DNA of 64,000 nucleotides from Antedon mediterranea (Eukaryota > Animalia > Echinodermata). This document shows positions 29,901 to 40,460 of this stretch, one piece after another (positions within the stretch are counted from its first letter, which is position 1; each line of letters starts with the position of its first letter). The translations under genes were made by a program, and so were the position numbers. Below the pieces are notes generated by a model. It had not been told where the DNA came from. It did not search any database and saw only the letters and a program-made list of their open reading frames with translations. Where the stretch lies: assembly GCF_964355755.1 (NCBI RefSeq), contig NC_092677.1, positions 19,800,101 through 19,864,100 of the forward strand. The letters run 5' to 3'.

Positions 29901-32900
29901 CAAGTCACCGTCAAGCCAACTCGGCCTCACGTCATCCCGGCCTCAAGCCAACTCGGCCAAATACCAATCGGTCAACTCGGCCCCATTAAAGTATAGAATG
30001 CAAAAAGTGCTATTAGTTAATATTATAATGGCAGGATTAGTAAGGCATGGGCATACAAAATAAAACAACAAATTCAATATAAAATTTGTTTTCGTTTAAT
30101 TGATAGGTAGGTTGATACTGTAGATATTTAAGAAGTGCTTAAGCAAATAACTTAATCTTATTTATCAAACCGTCTTAGCAGAAATATTGTCTTTTAAATT
30201 TCACTTGGCGCATTTGCAAAATTGAGGCCAGCAAATTATGTCTTAAGACAAAAAATGGCGGCGCTATAACATTTTATATCCGCATTTTCACTCCCAACAA
30301 GAGTGGGCGCATTCGGGCTACTATGCTTTTATTACTTGAAATAGAGAAATAACATAAAATTCTCTCTAAACTCAAATCAAATCAACATTTATTCATTTGT
30401 ATCAATGACAGCGACCCTTAGCAACTGATACAGCAATAGGATAGTCAAATGGGTCACACAAATCCCGAAATATTCTTTTGCTCGTCTAATTTCATTTGCT
30501 CGTTTCATTTCATCTTACTGAAGATTGATATCTTTATTAGTGTCTGTGATACCGCGGAACATTCAACATTCGTGTTGTCAAAAAAGACATTTTCTGTTTC
30601 AGAAATGAGATAACATGACATTTTTTATCTGGAGGCTGGGTATTCGATTTAAAATAAAATTAAGCAAATATTTTTGTTTAGTATTATAAATAAATCTGGC
30701 TTAAGAATGTTATGACGATTTTTTTGCTAAGCAAGTTTGATCAATCAGGCCCCAATTTGAGAAATATGTTGTTCAAAACAGCACTGATTCACCATCCAAC
30801 ACAATTGCAGCATTGTGTTTATGGCTGTATTTAGGAATGTAGAATGTATTTAGGAATATGGACGTCTATGTCCACTGACTGTTGAAAAGGTATAGTAGTT
30901 CAACTAATCAGGTCACTCATCAATAATAAAAGAGGCATTAAATAGGAGATTGTATGCTTGGCGCAAAAACTAATCTTCCCAATTTCATGCTATGAATATG
31001 AAACAACAGGTCAATGCATTTGAAGTATGTTGTGTTGGCAAAGAATGCTACACATCACTTGGAATATGAAAAGAACTAATGCCAGTATACTACAAGAAGT
31101 AAACACAAAGGCCCTTTTTTAATGAAACAACAAACAAAAAAACAAAAATCAACTCAATAACACTGTCATATTTTGGACAAATTGCTAGAAGAGACAGTAC
31201 TTCTCAGGACAAATCTCAGAGACCAGGACGTCCTACTGTAAGTCAAGATGGTTTGACAGAATTAACAACCTCCACATATAATATGTTAACTAACTGAAGA
31301 CCAACCTACTTGACAATGAGCCGTACATGACGAAATCGAATAAATGATGTCCACTGAAATTTCACCAATTTTTTTTTTAGCATGTCAAGTAAAAATTCAA
31401 TGCATCTAAGTTTCCCTTTAAAAAAATGCAAACCATGATATTTCAGGTTTTTAAAACCGCAAGGAAGTAATGTATACTACAATATGCAGTGTTTCTTAAT
31501 TAAAAAAATAGTATTTCACATAAAAATTCTCTATATGACTTCTTGTAATCCTCTGAATTTTCAATGGTATGTACAGTAATAGTATTTTGTTTTTTTATAT
31601 AGAATTTTGAAGTAGGATTACTTATATGCACTGATGTGGCAGCGAGAGGCATAGATATCAGTGGTGTTCCATACGGTAAGATAGCCATAGCAAATCAATA
31701 TGAGTAATGTTTCTGAAAAGAATAGAGAAGCTTCAAATATAAAATGGTAATAAAATTAAAGATTGCAAATTAATTAATATAATAGAGATGAATGTAAATA
31801 TTTGTGTATCACTTCTTAATCGGAGCATCAACATCATTGCACAAAGTTAGCATTTTTTATTTTAAGTAAAATTTGACGTGTTGTAAAACATTAAACCATG
31901 TCATTTTTTGTCTTAAATTTATGTTTTATGCTTAATTATGATAAAAAGGGAAAAACAATGCACTACCTATGTAGCTCAAGTCAAATGTCGTCTCGTGGAT
32001 GGTCTTAGATTTAGGCTAGAAGCTTAGTCTAGCTGGTAAACAGTGGTAACGTGCGAACATCACCCACTTTCTATAGTCCTGCATTAATTGTCTTTTTCAG
32101 TATATCGCTGGGTGGTGTAGAATTTATTTTATGCCTGTGATGTCGGACTTAACATTAAGAACATACTTCCAGATCGTTAAAATTATTCCATTGACTCAAA
32201 ATTTAAAGGACAACTTTACCGAGAACCATATAAGGGACATATGATTCCAGAACAATTGCAAGATTTACAATACACGCGCATACACATTGCTGTGCTTAGC
32301 AAAATATATCTCATGAGTTTTCACTGTTGTTAACATACAAGAGAAGGTTCATTTCAATTGCTATTTAAAAAGTGTGGTACTAGAAATTTAAGCCAAAATA
32401 TAAGCAAAAAAAATGTTACGCAATTGGGAATCAAAATCGTTTCAAAATTTTCCAACTTTTTCGGGCCATGTGCGCATTTTGTGACATACAACGCAAAAGT
32501 AATATAAAAAGTTCATTTATACAGTTGATATTGTGATAAATTGCTTCATTTTCATGAACTCTAAATGTCAAATAACGACACATGTGCACGTAAAAGTTAG
32601 ATAATTGTGCACTCTCCAATTTAATGAAAATTTGTGTAAAAACATACCTACTTTGAATTTAAGGTTTAGCTCCTCAGAATGCACGGTGACCCCAAATTTT
32701 TAGTCGCGTACAACGCAACTCTACAGCTCATAATGTCGGTCGGTAAACACTAACTTAAGCACACGACTGCAGCCATGTATATGGCCTTGTTTAAACTTAT
32801 TATGGAAGCCAATAAGTTGTAGATATGAATTCATGTACATATTAGATATACAAGATGGTATGATGTTATCATTTGGCCACCTGATTTAGAAAGTAGGTTT

Positions 32901-35516
32901 TTTCCCCATTTGTCATAAGCAAACATATTCTACAGAACGAATCTCCAGTTATCTCTCTTTGAATTGCCACTGTTTTCATTTTGACAATGTTATCACGCCT
33001 AACAATTTGAATAATGTTGGTCGTGTAATTTCACCTACACTGTATATTTGGATATCTTACAGCTCTTCAGGTTTATAAGTTACGAAAGCAAAAGTCCCTA
33101 CACAAAAAATAGAGATAAAAATGATAATAATAATAGTGCATATTAATGCACACCATATGACCCACAATCGTCCAATCAAATGACAGGAATTTATTTAGGT
33201 TTTATATAAAAGCATATAATGCAATAGGTCATAGGATTGCGATCATATATATAAACGTACATGCAGTAAAATTATAAAAATGATCACCTATAATTCATGA
33301 CAAATTAAATTCTAGTATTATTTGTATCTTTATTGAGATCCAGTCACTGATACCCACAGCATTTTCGTTATTTCAGTAATTTGACTTTGGATTTATATAC
33401 ATTATATTATTTGTTTGTTTTAGTAATCAATGTTACGATGCCAGATGAAAAACAAAACTATGTTCATCGCATTGGTAGAGTTGGACGAGCTTACAGGTAT
33501 AGCTATTTATTATATTGTCTCCTAAATTTTATCTTTTTAAATTTGTTATTTAATATGCCATTTTGTGCCTTTTTGTTGTCACCAACTGAAAACTACATAA
33601 ATATATTTCATTAAAAAACTTACTGTTTAGCCTAAACTTTAGACTAGTTAATACGGGGCTTAATCATTTTAGTTTTGGAAATCTGATCTGTGATTGCTCT
33701 TGTTTCTATTGTTTTTTAAATCTAACATATAAAATGTTAAATTTGAGTCAAAATAGTATTTGTTAATTCATAATATAGGATGCCTAAAGCTGAGTGATGT
33801 TGCTATTTTGTGTGCCTATTGAATTGTGTATAATTCATCATGTACATGGTTTCTAACTTTCAGAATGGGCTTAGCTATTTCTCTAGTGTCATCTGTTCCT
33901 GAAAAGGTATTAATTTTTTGCCCTTAGTATGGGCTTTAATATGCAAATTGGTAATTGTTTTTGTAGTTTTTTGCATCTCTACGTTCATTTTGTATTGGTG
34001 AAAAGGAATAACTCAAATAATTCCTTCTTGATTTCCTTTCTCTACCCAAACAACAAGCAAGAAAGAATAATAAATGTGTTGTATGTGTGGCAGAAATATA
34101 AAAGTTCTGTAATGAAAATTCTTTTGACTTGTTTTTTTATTTCTCTGTTGCAGTTTATTAATAAATTAACATTGTCATATATGTGTGCACATAACTGATT
34201 GGAATGATCTATATCGCCATAGAACTGCAAAGCTTCCAAGGGGCTTAGCCTTGGCAGCCCACAGCCCATGGTTGCTTGTTTCACTCGCAAAATATTCACT
34301 TACCCCTTGATTTCATCGCTGACTGTGCTCCTGAGAATTTCTGAACACATTTTACTTTGTACAATTGTTCTTCAATATTTCAAACATATATTATCACAAG
34401 ACTATGCTAGAAGAAAGCTAAAACATTTAGGATACATAGATTTGTACTTTTGTGAAACTTTTAATAACTGAAATGTTTGTAAAAAAGTAGTTGTGCCTCT
34501 ATTTCATAATAACTATTATGCAAAGATATGAAAACAAAAATATAATATTAGTCACTAGAAGATATCATTTAAAATAAAATGTCTAATACAATTAAAAACA
34601 GGTTTGGTACCACTCGTGCCCAAGCAGAGGTAAGAACTGTAATAACACATGACTCAAAACTGATAATGGTTGTTGCATATGGTACAATGAAATGCAGGTA
34701 TGTTAATTTATTGCTAATGTTACTAATTATCTTCAATTCATTTTCACTTTTTAACAGATAAAATCCTCTTTGGAAGTTCTCTTACTATGCTAATTCTTAA
34801 TTCTGGTCTGTCCATCTCCTACTGTACACTATAAACTTTCCATAATCATTTTATTCAACCTTATTCTGACCTTTCTCTGTACAAACATTGTAGTTTATTA
34901 TATGTTCAGGATTGAATAGTGTTTTAGCAATATTGATTTAAAAGCCAGAATCATTTTGGCATAATTATTAATATTATTATAATTTGGGACAAAAAAAATG
35001 TTATAAATAGAGTAATATTGAATATTGATTGTGTTTATAGTATCTAGGTGACATAGAAGAACATCTTGGTGTAACCATTGACACTGTGGACAAAGACATG
35101 AAGTTACCAATTAATGAGTTTGATGGAAAAGTCACCTATGGACAGAAAAACCTAAAAAAAGGTAAAGTATACATTACAAATCATTTGATCACATGATTGA
35201 TGGTCATCAAATCCATATTTCTAAAGCTTGCTTCAACATGATTGGACTATTTTTCAAAATTTTCACAAGATTCATATTTATATTCATTCTAATGGAAAAG
35301 TTAAACAAAAAATGACCAGAAATACCTGTTTTGACTTTTGACAATAAATTTTGATTATCTTTCTCATTTTTATTAAATTTCCTCCTTTTTTTAGGTGGAA
35401 CCTACAAAGGTCACGTTAACATCCTGGCCCCTTCAGTCAAAGAACTGGCATCATTAGAGAAGCAAGCACAGTCATCTTTCTTGAAATTCACTTCTTTAAA
35501 AAATACATTGGCATGA
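5921..35516 (+). CDS. DDX1: ATP-dependent RNA helicase DDX1 (DEAD-box with SPRY insertion); 29 coding exons in window, 5'-partial, one in-frame TGA at 34650-34652
   Basis: Hand-spliced GT-AG exons: 5921-5972, 7284-7377, 7543-7633, 8425-8472, 9080-9166, 9491-9574, 10088-10164, 13346-13418, 14046-14122, 14944-14994, 15165-15228, 16881-16942, 17929-17952, 18225-18277, 19128-19188, 19679-19750, 20449-20475, 21964-22104, 23479-23553, 24434-24493, 25439-25490, 26277-26423, 26848-26945, 31603-31675, 33424-33496, 33864-33906, 34602-34697, 35041-35161, 35395-35516. Total 2198 nt with consistent phases. Translation: [49 protein letters not shown] (Q motif, motif I), SPRY ([19 protein letters not shown]), [18 protein letters not shown]|[37 protein letters not shown]-terminal [26 protein letters not shown]. 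Closely follows human DDX1 as recalled. The short ATG exon was not located. Confidence 0.96.
6821..6956. repeat. Long hairpin (~60-bp arms) of a palindromic repeat element
   Basis: GTTGCACCCTGCTTGTTC...TTCTGGTTCCATATTCCAT-[TCGGCCTTCGACCTC]-ATGGAATATGGAACCAGAA...GAACAAGCAGGGTGTAAC. Confidence 0.8.
9691..9817. mobile_element. Degenerate copy of the Tc1/mariner MITE
   Basis: TA|CAGAACTCTTTCAATA...GTGTCCTGTATTGGAAGGAATTGACTG|TA; homologous to 12529-12714. Confidence 0.65.
10890..11280 (+). mobile_element. CR1/L2-group LINE 3' fragment
   Basis: Remnant motifs [27 protein letters not shown]. Confidence 0.55.
11390..12835 (-). mobile_element. Rex1/Babar-like LINE, 5' (endonuclease) remnant
   Basis: KRRKRGG...[18 protein letters not shown]...[29 protein letters not shown] are typical Rex/Babar APE N-terminal motifs. 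Interrupted by the Tc1 MITE. Confidence 0.75.
12529..12714. mobile_element. Tc1/mariner (Tigger/pogo-like) MITE inserted in a LINE remnant
   Basis: TA|CAGTCAACTCTCCCAATACCGGAC...GTCCGGTATTGGGAGAGTTGACTG|TA; perfect 24-bp TIR and TA TSD. Confidence 0.88.
13498..14017. mobile_element. TTAA-type MITE family B (Kolobok-like)
   Basis: TIR AGATATATTGTCCCCC / GGGGGACAATACATCT|TTAA. Related ends at ~39563 (TTAAAGATATATTGTCCCTCTG) and ~55973 (TTAAAGATGTATTGTCCTCAAAAACATG). Confidence 0.7.
15301..15460. repeat. Long hairpin (~70-bp arms) of a palindromic repeat element; element extends to ~15600
   Basis: CAAATAATGAATGTTT...GGTGAATGATGAAAGGTTATATCAAC-[GAGGCAAAGCCGA]-GTTGATATAACCTTTCATCATTCACC...AAACATTCATTATTTG. 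Its tail CCAATCAAATGACAGGAATTTAT recurs at ~33172. Confidence 0.85.
15830..16740 (-). mobile_element. CR1-group LINE RT fragment
   Basis: [26 protein letters not shown]...[14 protein letters not shown]...YADET...LNAKKCQVL. Confidence 0.8.
17345..17640 (+). mobile_element. Degenerate copy of the same tRNA-SINE
   Basis: GTTCGAGGCTCAC...CCATGGTTCTGGT...CCAGTGTACA...GTGCACTTTAAGGAACC...CATCTTTCG...GTAGGGGTTA matches the reverse complement of 20843-21140. Confidence 0.7.
18430..18700 (-). mobile_element. CR1/L2 LINE 3' fragment
   Basis: [17 protein letters not shown]...[19 protein letters not shown]. Confidence 0.6.
20562..21760 (-). mobile_element. CR1/L2-group LINE 3' fragment interrupted by a SINE
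   Basis: [17 protein letters not shown]...[10 protein letters not shown]...[11 protein letters not shown]; (AATA)n-type tail at 20562-20581 on the minus strand. Confidence 0.75.
20843..21140 (-). mobile_element. tRNA-derived SINE, well preserved
   Basis: The minus strand begins AGTGAGTGGCCGAGCGGTTAAG (A box), then GGGTTCGAGGCTC (B box), then a body with GCACTTTAAAGAACC. Homologous degenerate copy at 17345-17640. Confidence 0.8.
22380..22964 (+). mobile_element. MITE family A, copy 2 (DDX1 intron)
   Basis: AGACCCATTCCCTAC...GTAGGGAATGAGTCT|TTAA; collinear with 2280-2905. Confidence 0.8.
23130..23440 (-). mobile_element. Penelope-like element, GIY-YIG endonuclease remnant
   Basis: [20 protein letters not shown] is the characteristic CxxC-YIGET signature. 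Confidence 0.75.
26460..26600 (+). mobile_element. Decayed tRNA-headed SINE (second family)
   Basis: CCGAGTGGTTAGG (A-box-like), CTGGGTTCAATT (B-box-like), then GTCCACTCAGGTGTAAATGAGTAC. Confidence 0.5.
27931..28594. mobile_element. TTAA-flanked non-autonomous element (Kolobok-like)
   Basis: TTAA|AGGGGAACCGAGT...ACTTGAGGTCCCCT|TTAA; imperfect TIRs. Confidence 0.55.
29865..29983. repeat. ~16-bp tandem repeat (AAGTCAACTCGGCCTC-like)
   Basis: About 7 degenerate units; possibly a transposon subterminal array. Confidence 0.7.
30930..31335 (+). mobile_element. RTE-clade LINE 3' fragment, decayed
   Basis: Frameshifted remnants: [40 protein letters not shown]. Confidence 0.65.
31885..32098 (+). 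mobile_element. Truncated MITE family A fragment
   Basis: AAAACATTAAACCATGTCAT...AACAATGCACTACCT...GCTGGTAAAC...CTGCATTAATTGTCTTT matches the internal part of 2340-2585. Confidence 0.65.
32697..32791 (+). mobile_element. Very short Helentron-like element
   Basis: TTTTTAGTCGCGT...ACACGACT (subterminal IR), 3' hairpin GCCATGTATATGGC, ends CTTGTT. Confidence 0.45.
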
Positions 35517-35712
35517 ATTAATTGTTTAAGAGAACTGTTTTAAGGATATTCACTAACAGAAAGTATTTATTGAATAAGTTGGTTTGATTAATTCCAAATG
35601 TACTTTATGTGGCCATTTGTCAATTTATTATACATTGCTATTTGTGTGGTACCACTGTAGACCAAAGAACACAAATTGTAAGCCAAAAACCTACTAATAT
35701 AAACTGTTGTTA

Positions 35713-35761
35713 AGCATATAGAGCATATAGAGCATATAGAGCATATAGAGCATATAGAGCA
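35713..35761. repeat. (AGCATATAG)x5 tandem repeat in the DDX1 3' UTR region
   Basis: Directly visible perfect 9-bp repeat. Confidence 0.9.
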
Positions 35762-36439
35762 ATTAGTCATGGATTTGTATAACACAGAAGATTTTTTGTT
35801 TCCATACAGTAGCCATTTACATTTAATAGAAGAAGAAAAAGAGTTATTATCAGAGTTTGTTATTGTCATATATTAAACTTAATAGTGAACCCTCTGGTTA
35901 TCAGAATGTATTACTGGTTTTTGTGTATTATTAGTTATCCGCACTTTGGCGCTGATGCAAATGTAATTGCAAGAGCGCCATAACCAACCATCGCTGTCGC
36001 AAAGCAAACAATTATTTGGAGAGAAAAAATAAAAATTGAAAATAAAACTGGTTACTCCGCACACAGGCATCTCAATCTTCTTCAGTCTTGGACATTAACA
36101 GTCGAACTATAATGAAGAATACAGGCCTTGTAAATGAAATGCTATAGAACCAGGTTCCCTATATTGTTACCCTTAATTTGCATATTTCAGTTGATTTGCA
36201 TATTTCAGCTAACTAGCTCCTTCAGAATGGCAAGAGGTTGTGGGGTCGATCGCCTGTGTGTTTTTTTCTACATTTGTTAGTTAGCAGCATTACTCAAGTT
36301 ATTGGCAGATCTTTACCAAATTTAAACCACAGATTGGTCATTATTTAAGATTTATCTAGTGGTAAATCCCCGGAAAATGATATGTTGAGCCCCGAACACT
36401 TAAATAAAGTACGATAGCAATCGCTGTCCTTATGTTTTA

Positions 36440-37749
36440 ATTTAATGATTTGTCATGGTCATGTGTCTGAGTTATGTAAAGTTGTAATTGTCCCGATTTT
36501 AAAATCTAAATTAGGTGGTATTACGATTAAAAGCAATTATAGGCCAATAGCTTTAGCTAGTGTAAGGTACTAGAATATTTATTAATTCAATTGTCCGGAG
36601 ATAAGTCATCTGTTTGCGTTTAAATTGGGTCAATCCACAGATACATGTATATGTCTTACAACAAGTTGTTGAATTTTATACGTGGCAAAATAGCCCTGTA
36701 TATGCTTGCTTTCTTGATGCCTCTAAGGCATATGACAGAGTAAATCACTGGACTCTTTTTTAAACAGAAAGATGCCAACCGCAATTGTAAAATTGTTATC
36801 GTGGTAGTATTTGCAGCATCAGTTTTGTACTAAACGGGGAAGATCCATCTCCCGATGGTTCTATTTTAAAAACGGAGTGCGACAGTGCGTAATCATGTCT
36901 ACATTACTGTATAATGTTTACATTGATGATCTGAATGTAGCACTTAGTAGATGTGGTTACGGGTGTAGAACTTCAAATATTGTCCTAAATAATTTATGTT
37001 ATGCTGATGACATGACTAATAGCTCCATCTTTTTATGGGTTAAAAACTATGGTTAAAATATGTGAGCAGTATGGTCTAGAACATGATGATATAATAATAT
37101 ACAACAAAAATCTGTCTGTATAGTTTTTTTTCTCCAAAGAAGAAACATGGTGAAATGGTATCAAATATGCTAAATAATGATATAGGGCCTATTATCTTAC
37201 ATCAATGAAGTGACTTACCTAGGACATAGTTTACGTAATAATTTAGATGATTCTAATGACATTAATCGCCAGTATCAAGCTCTTTGCATTCAAGGTAACA
37301 CTCTAATAGTAGACGTTTGATGTAATAAGGATGTTGAAGGTAATTTGTTCAGGTCGTTTTGTACTAAAATGTACTGTTGTATGTTATGGTGTAACCACAC
37401 TGTAAACATTATTAAATCTCTGGAGGTGTGCTACAACAACTCATTGAGAATGTTGCTTGGCTTACCTAAGCACTGTAGTGCTAGTAACATGTTTGCCACA
37501 AGGACAATTCCCTCTTTCTAGCATGTACGCAAGTGCGTCTATGGTTTTACTTTTAGATTAAGAGTTTTGAATAGTGAAAATGATCTGGTTAGGTGTACTA
37601 CAAAGTATTTGTTACGATATTAAAATCTCTACACTAAGTGGGAAAAAATTCTATTTTATTTAGTTTGATTTCCCGATTTGTATTATTTTTTGTTTTACAG
37701 TATATATGGAATATTTAGCCTGAAATAAAGTGATCAAATCAAATCAAAT
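36440..37749 (+). mobile_element. 5'-truncated, decayed LINE (RTEX-like) with (ATCAA)n tail
   Basis: IVPILKSKLG..KSNYRPIALAS, NSPVYACFLDASKAYDRVNHWTL, KNGVRQ..LLYNVYIDDL..LCYADD; ends AATAAAGTGATCAAATCAAATCAAAT. Confidence 0.8.
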
Positions 37750-37834
37750 TAGTACGTGGCAATGGCAAAGAATAGGCCACAGTAACGTAACGCTTGGTTG
37801 ATTTTTGTTGTTGCTGTTCGGCCTTTCTCTGTTA

Positions 37835-38774
37835 GTCCGGCGGCAGAAGGGGACAAATTGCCATCCAACTTTTCCACACCAGAATTTTCCATAGATTACG
37901 AATCTGGTATTCCATCAAGATAGGAAGCGTTTTCGAGATATATGGGGTCAAAGTTCAAAATTGACCAATTACAACAATAAGGTATCTATTCAATCACCGT
38001 ATGAAAAAAAAAAACTTCGCGATTAAGGTTCAAATGTCAATATTGACCAATCAGAACATACCTATATAACCAAATAAAAACTAATATTTAACAAAATGTG
38101 AATGTTTCCTCATCCTGTTAAACAATCATATATATATATAATACATTGTTATAATTGGTCAATTCTAAACTTTGACCCCTTATATCTCGAAAATTTTTCC
38201 TATCCTGATCGAAGTCTGATTTGATTATTTACAGTATTATAATAATTATATTAATGAAATATTATAATAAAATGATAATTTGATTACTTGTAGAACTATC
38301 GATGTCATAGTTTCGACAACTTGCATTTTGGTATTATTATTATTAAAATGTTGACATTTGACATTATGTCAATTGATGAAATTGACCTGATGATTCAACT
38401 GATGAAATGATGTATTCGCTCTTTTACATGATGGTTAAAATAATTGATTAACAGGATGAGAAAACATTCAATTTTTGTTAAAAATCAGTTTTTACATGGT
38501 ACATTCTATGATTGGTCATTGACATTTGAACCTTACCACAAATGATTTTTTTGTTCATAAGGTGATTGAATAATCATAACAATTTAATAAATGACCAAAT
38601 TTTAATAATTTGTTATAATACATAATACATTGTTGTAATTGGTCAATTTGGAATTTGACCCCTTATATCTCGAAAACGCTTCCAGATTCGTAATCTACGG
38701 AAAATTCTGGTCTAGAAAAGTTGGATGGCAATTTGTACCCTTTCGGATGGTGATTCCCCATCCTGCCATCGGAC
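37835..38774. mobile_element. Foldback element with long imperfect inverted arms and TA flanks
   Basis: TA|GTCCGGCGGCAG...ACAAATTGCCATCCAACTTTTC..ACCAGAATTTTCC.TAGATTACGAATCTGG is mirrored at 38640-38776; the inverted similarity extends ~300 bp. Confidence 0.75.
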
Positions 38775-40059
38775 TATGTTAACTAATTTAGCATGGTGGT
38801 AAATAATTTTCTGTAAAAGTGAATGTACAGTTTGTTATATATTAAACATGTTTTACAATTGCAAAATATATTATATATGTAACCTTTACTATTACACGAC
38901 GTGCAAAACACAAAAGACTCAAACACAGGTACAAAATATAGTGTGAGAAATAGCTTTATTTATGTTGCTCACTTAAGGCTCCGACTGCGAATGGTCTTCT
39001 TGACCATTGGCATTAAGTTTTAATCATTATCAGAACAAAGAAAATACACTTAAAAACAGGAATTAAAGCTAATTGATTGATAGCCGAAACAGATACCAAT
39101 GACCAAAAGATTATATAATTGTTAATCCTATATAAACAAATAATGGACCACAGGCATTTCCAGATTCTATGGGGAGTTAATGTGGTGTCTATTCACATTT
39201 TAAGTCGAAAACAAATCAACAAAATACTTAATAGCATTCCAAAATGCTGTAAATCAATTAAAAGTAAAAGAATCAAAAAAGCTAAAAGTAATGTATGCCA
39301 CATATATTATACAGATATTGACTGCTTAGAGGTTAAATATAAGATTTGACATCCCCGAGGGAATGATATTTTGTCACGGATTACTCATTCTTGTGATATA
39401 TATTCTTTGTATTTTTTTATTTATTTACTTGTTGACCATATACACCTTTGTATCAGTGGCACTCACAATATGCGGTGCGGTCCAGCAAACAAAGCAGAAC
39501 ATTATAGACAAGAAATATTTCTTACAAAAAACGCTGCTCGCTTACTGACTTAACAGTTTTAAAGATATATTGTCCCTCTGAAAAATATTTTTTATTTCAA
39601 ATTTGTTTTTGAATGTGTCATTTTATTGTCACATAATAGTTATTTTACCTGAAAAAAATGTAATTAAAAGCAAAAAATACTTCAATTGTCTGTCAGACAA
39701 TGTGGTTTTTGAGTTATAATTAAACGTTTCTTTTCTCTTTTTATAATGTGAATTTTGTTACAGAAGTGAATAACTTTGATATGAAACAGACTCAATTTAG
39801 TTTATTTTATTGCTAAGGTCAAGTCTGGGGGTCACTTCATCACGCCTTAGATACTTCAAGTGTGAAGTATCATATTACAAACAAAAACTTTCATGGACTG
39901 TTTTGATAATAATTCAATGATTATCTGACAGCGAAATACAGTATTGTCATGGGACTCATAAATACCAGAAATGCAGCTGGTACCTATAAATTATAGTCGA
40001 GTTTCCATTTTAGCAAAAATGTCAAAGTGTAATATATAACTGCTGCTTGATTTAATCTA

Positions 40060-40460
40060 ATAAATGAGTCATCTCGTGTGACGTAGCGGGCTAGAGCAGC
40101 AGCGTGAAAAATAAATAAATGTAGTGTCACACATAATTGTATTTTCTCTGTCCCAAACGGCGCCCCGTAGTTGTGAACTTGCTACTGTGGTATTATTATT
40201 TTCTTTGTTTAAAAAACTGTTGCAACGCGGCGCCCGGAGGGAGGCTGATGTGTTGGCCTTATATTAAGCAAGCAACAAATCAAATATATTGTGACCTCAG
40301 CTCTCCTTGTAGATGGGACGACAACTCACTTTTATACACACCACCACCACCACAAAATAATATATTATAATTATATTTAAACAAGGTGCTGCTGAAAGCA
40401 GCTGCTGCAGTGGGTGCTGTTTCTTCGCCGGCGGTGTGTGACTGTGACGTGACAGGTTGA
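40060..40460 (+). promoter_or_regulatory. Candidate DSEL promoter / non-coding first exon region
   Basis: Locally GC/CpG-enriched patch with no recognised TE. TGAGTCA (AP-1) at 40065-40071 and TGACGT (CRE-like) at 40079 and 40445. The DSEL coding exon has an acceptor at 42958-42959, implying an upstream UTR exon. Position is inferred only. Confidence 0.3.

Noticed and set aside
34650-35880. Selenocysteine recoding of the DDX1 TGA
   Set aside because: The codon aligns to Arg, not Cys, and I could not see an AUGA...AA...GA SECIS-like stem in the 3' UTR by eye. A SECISearch run would settle it.
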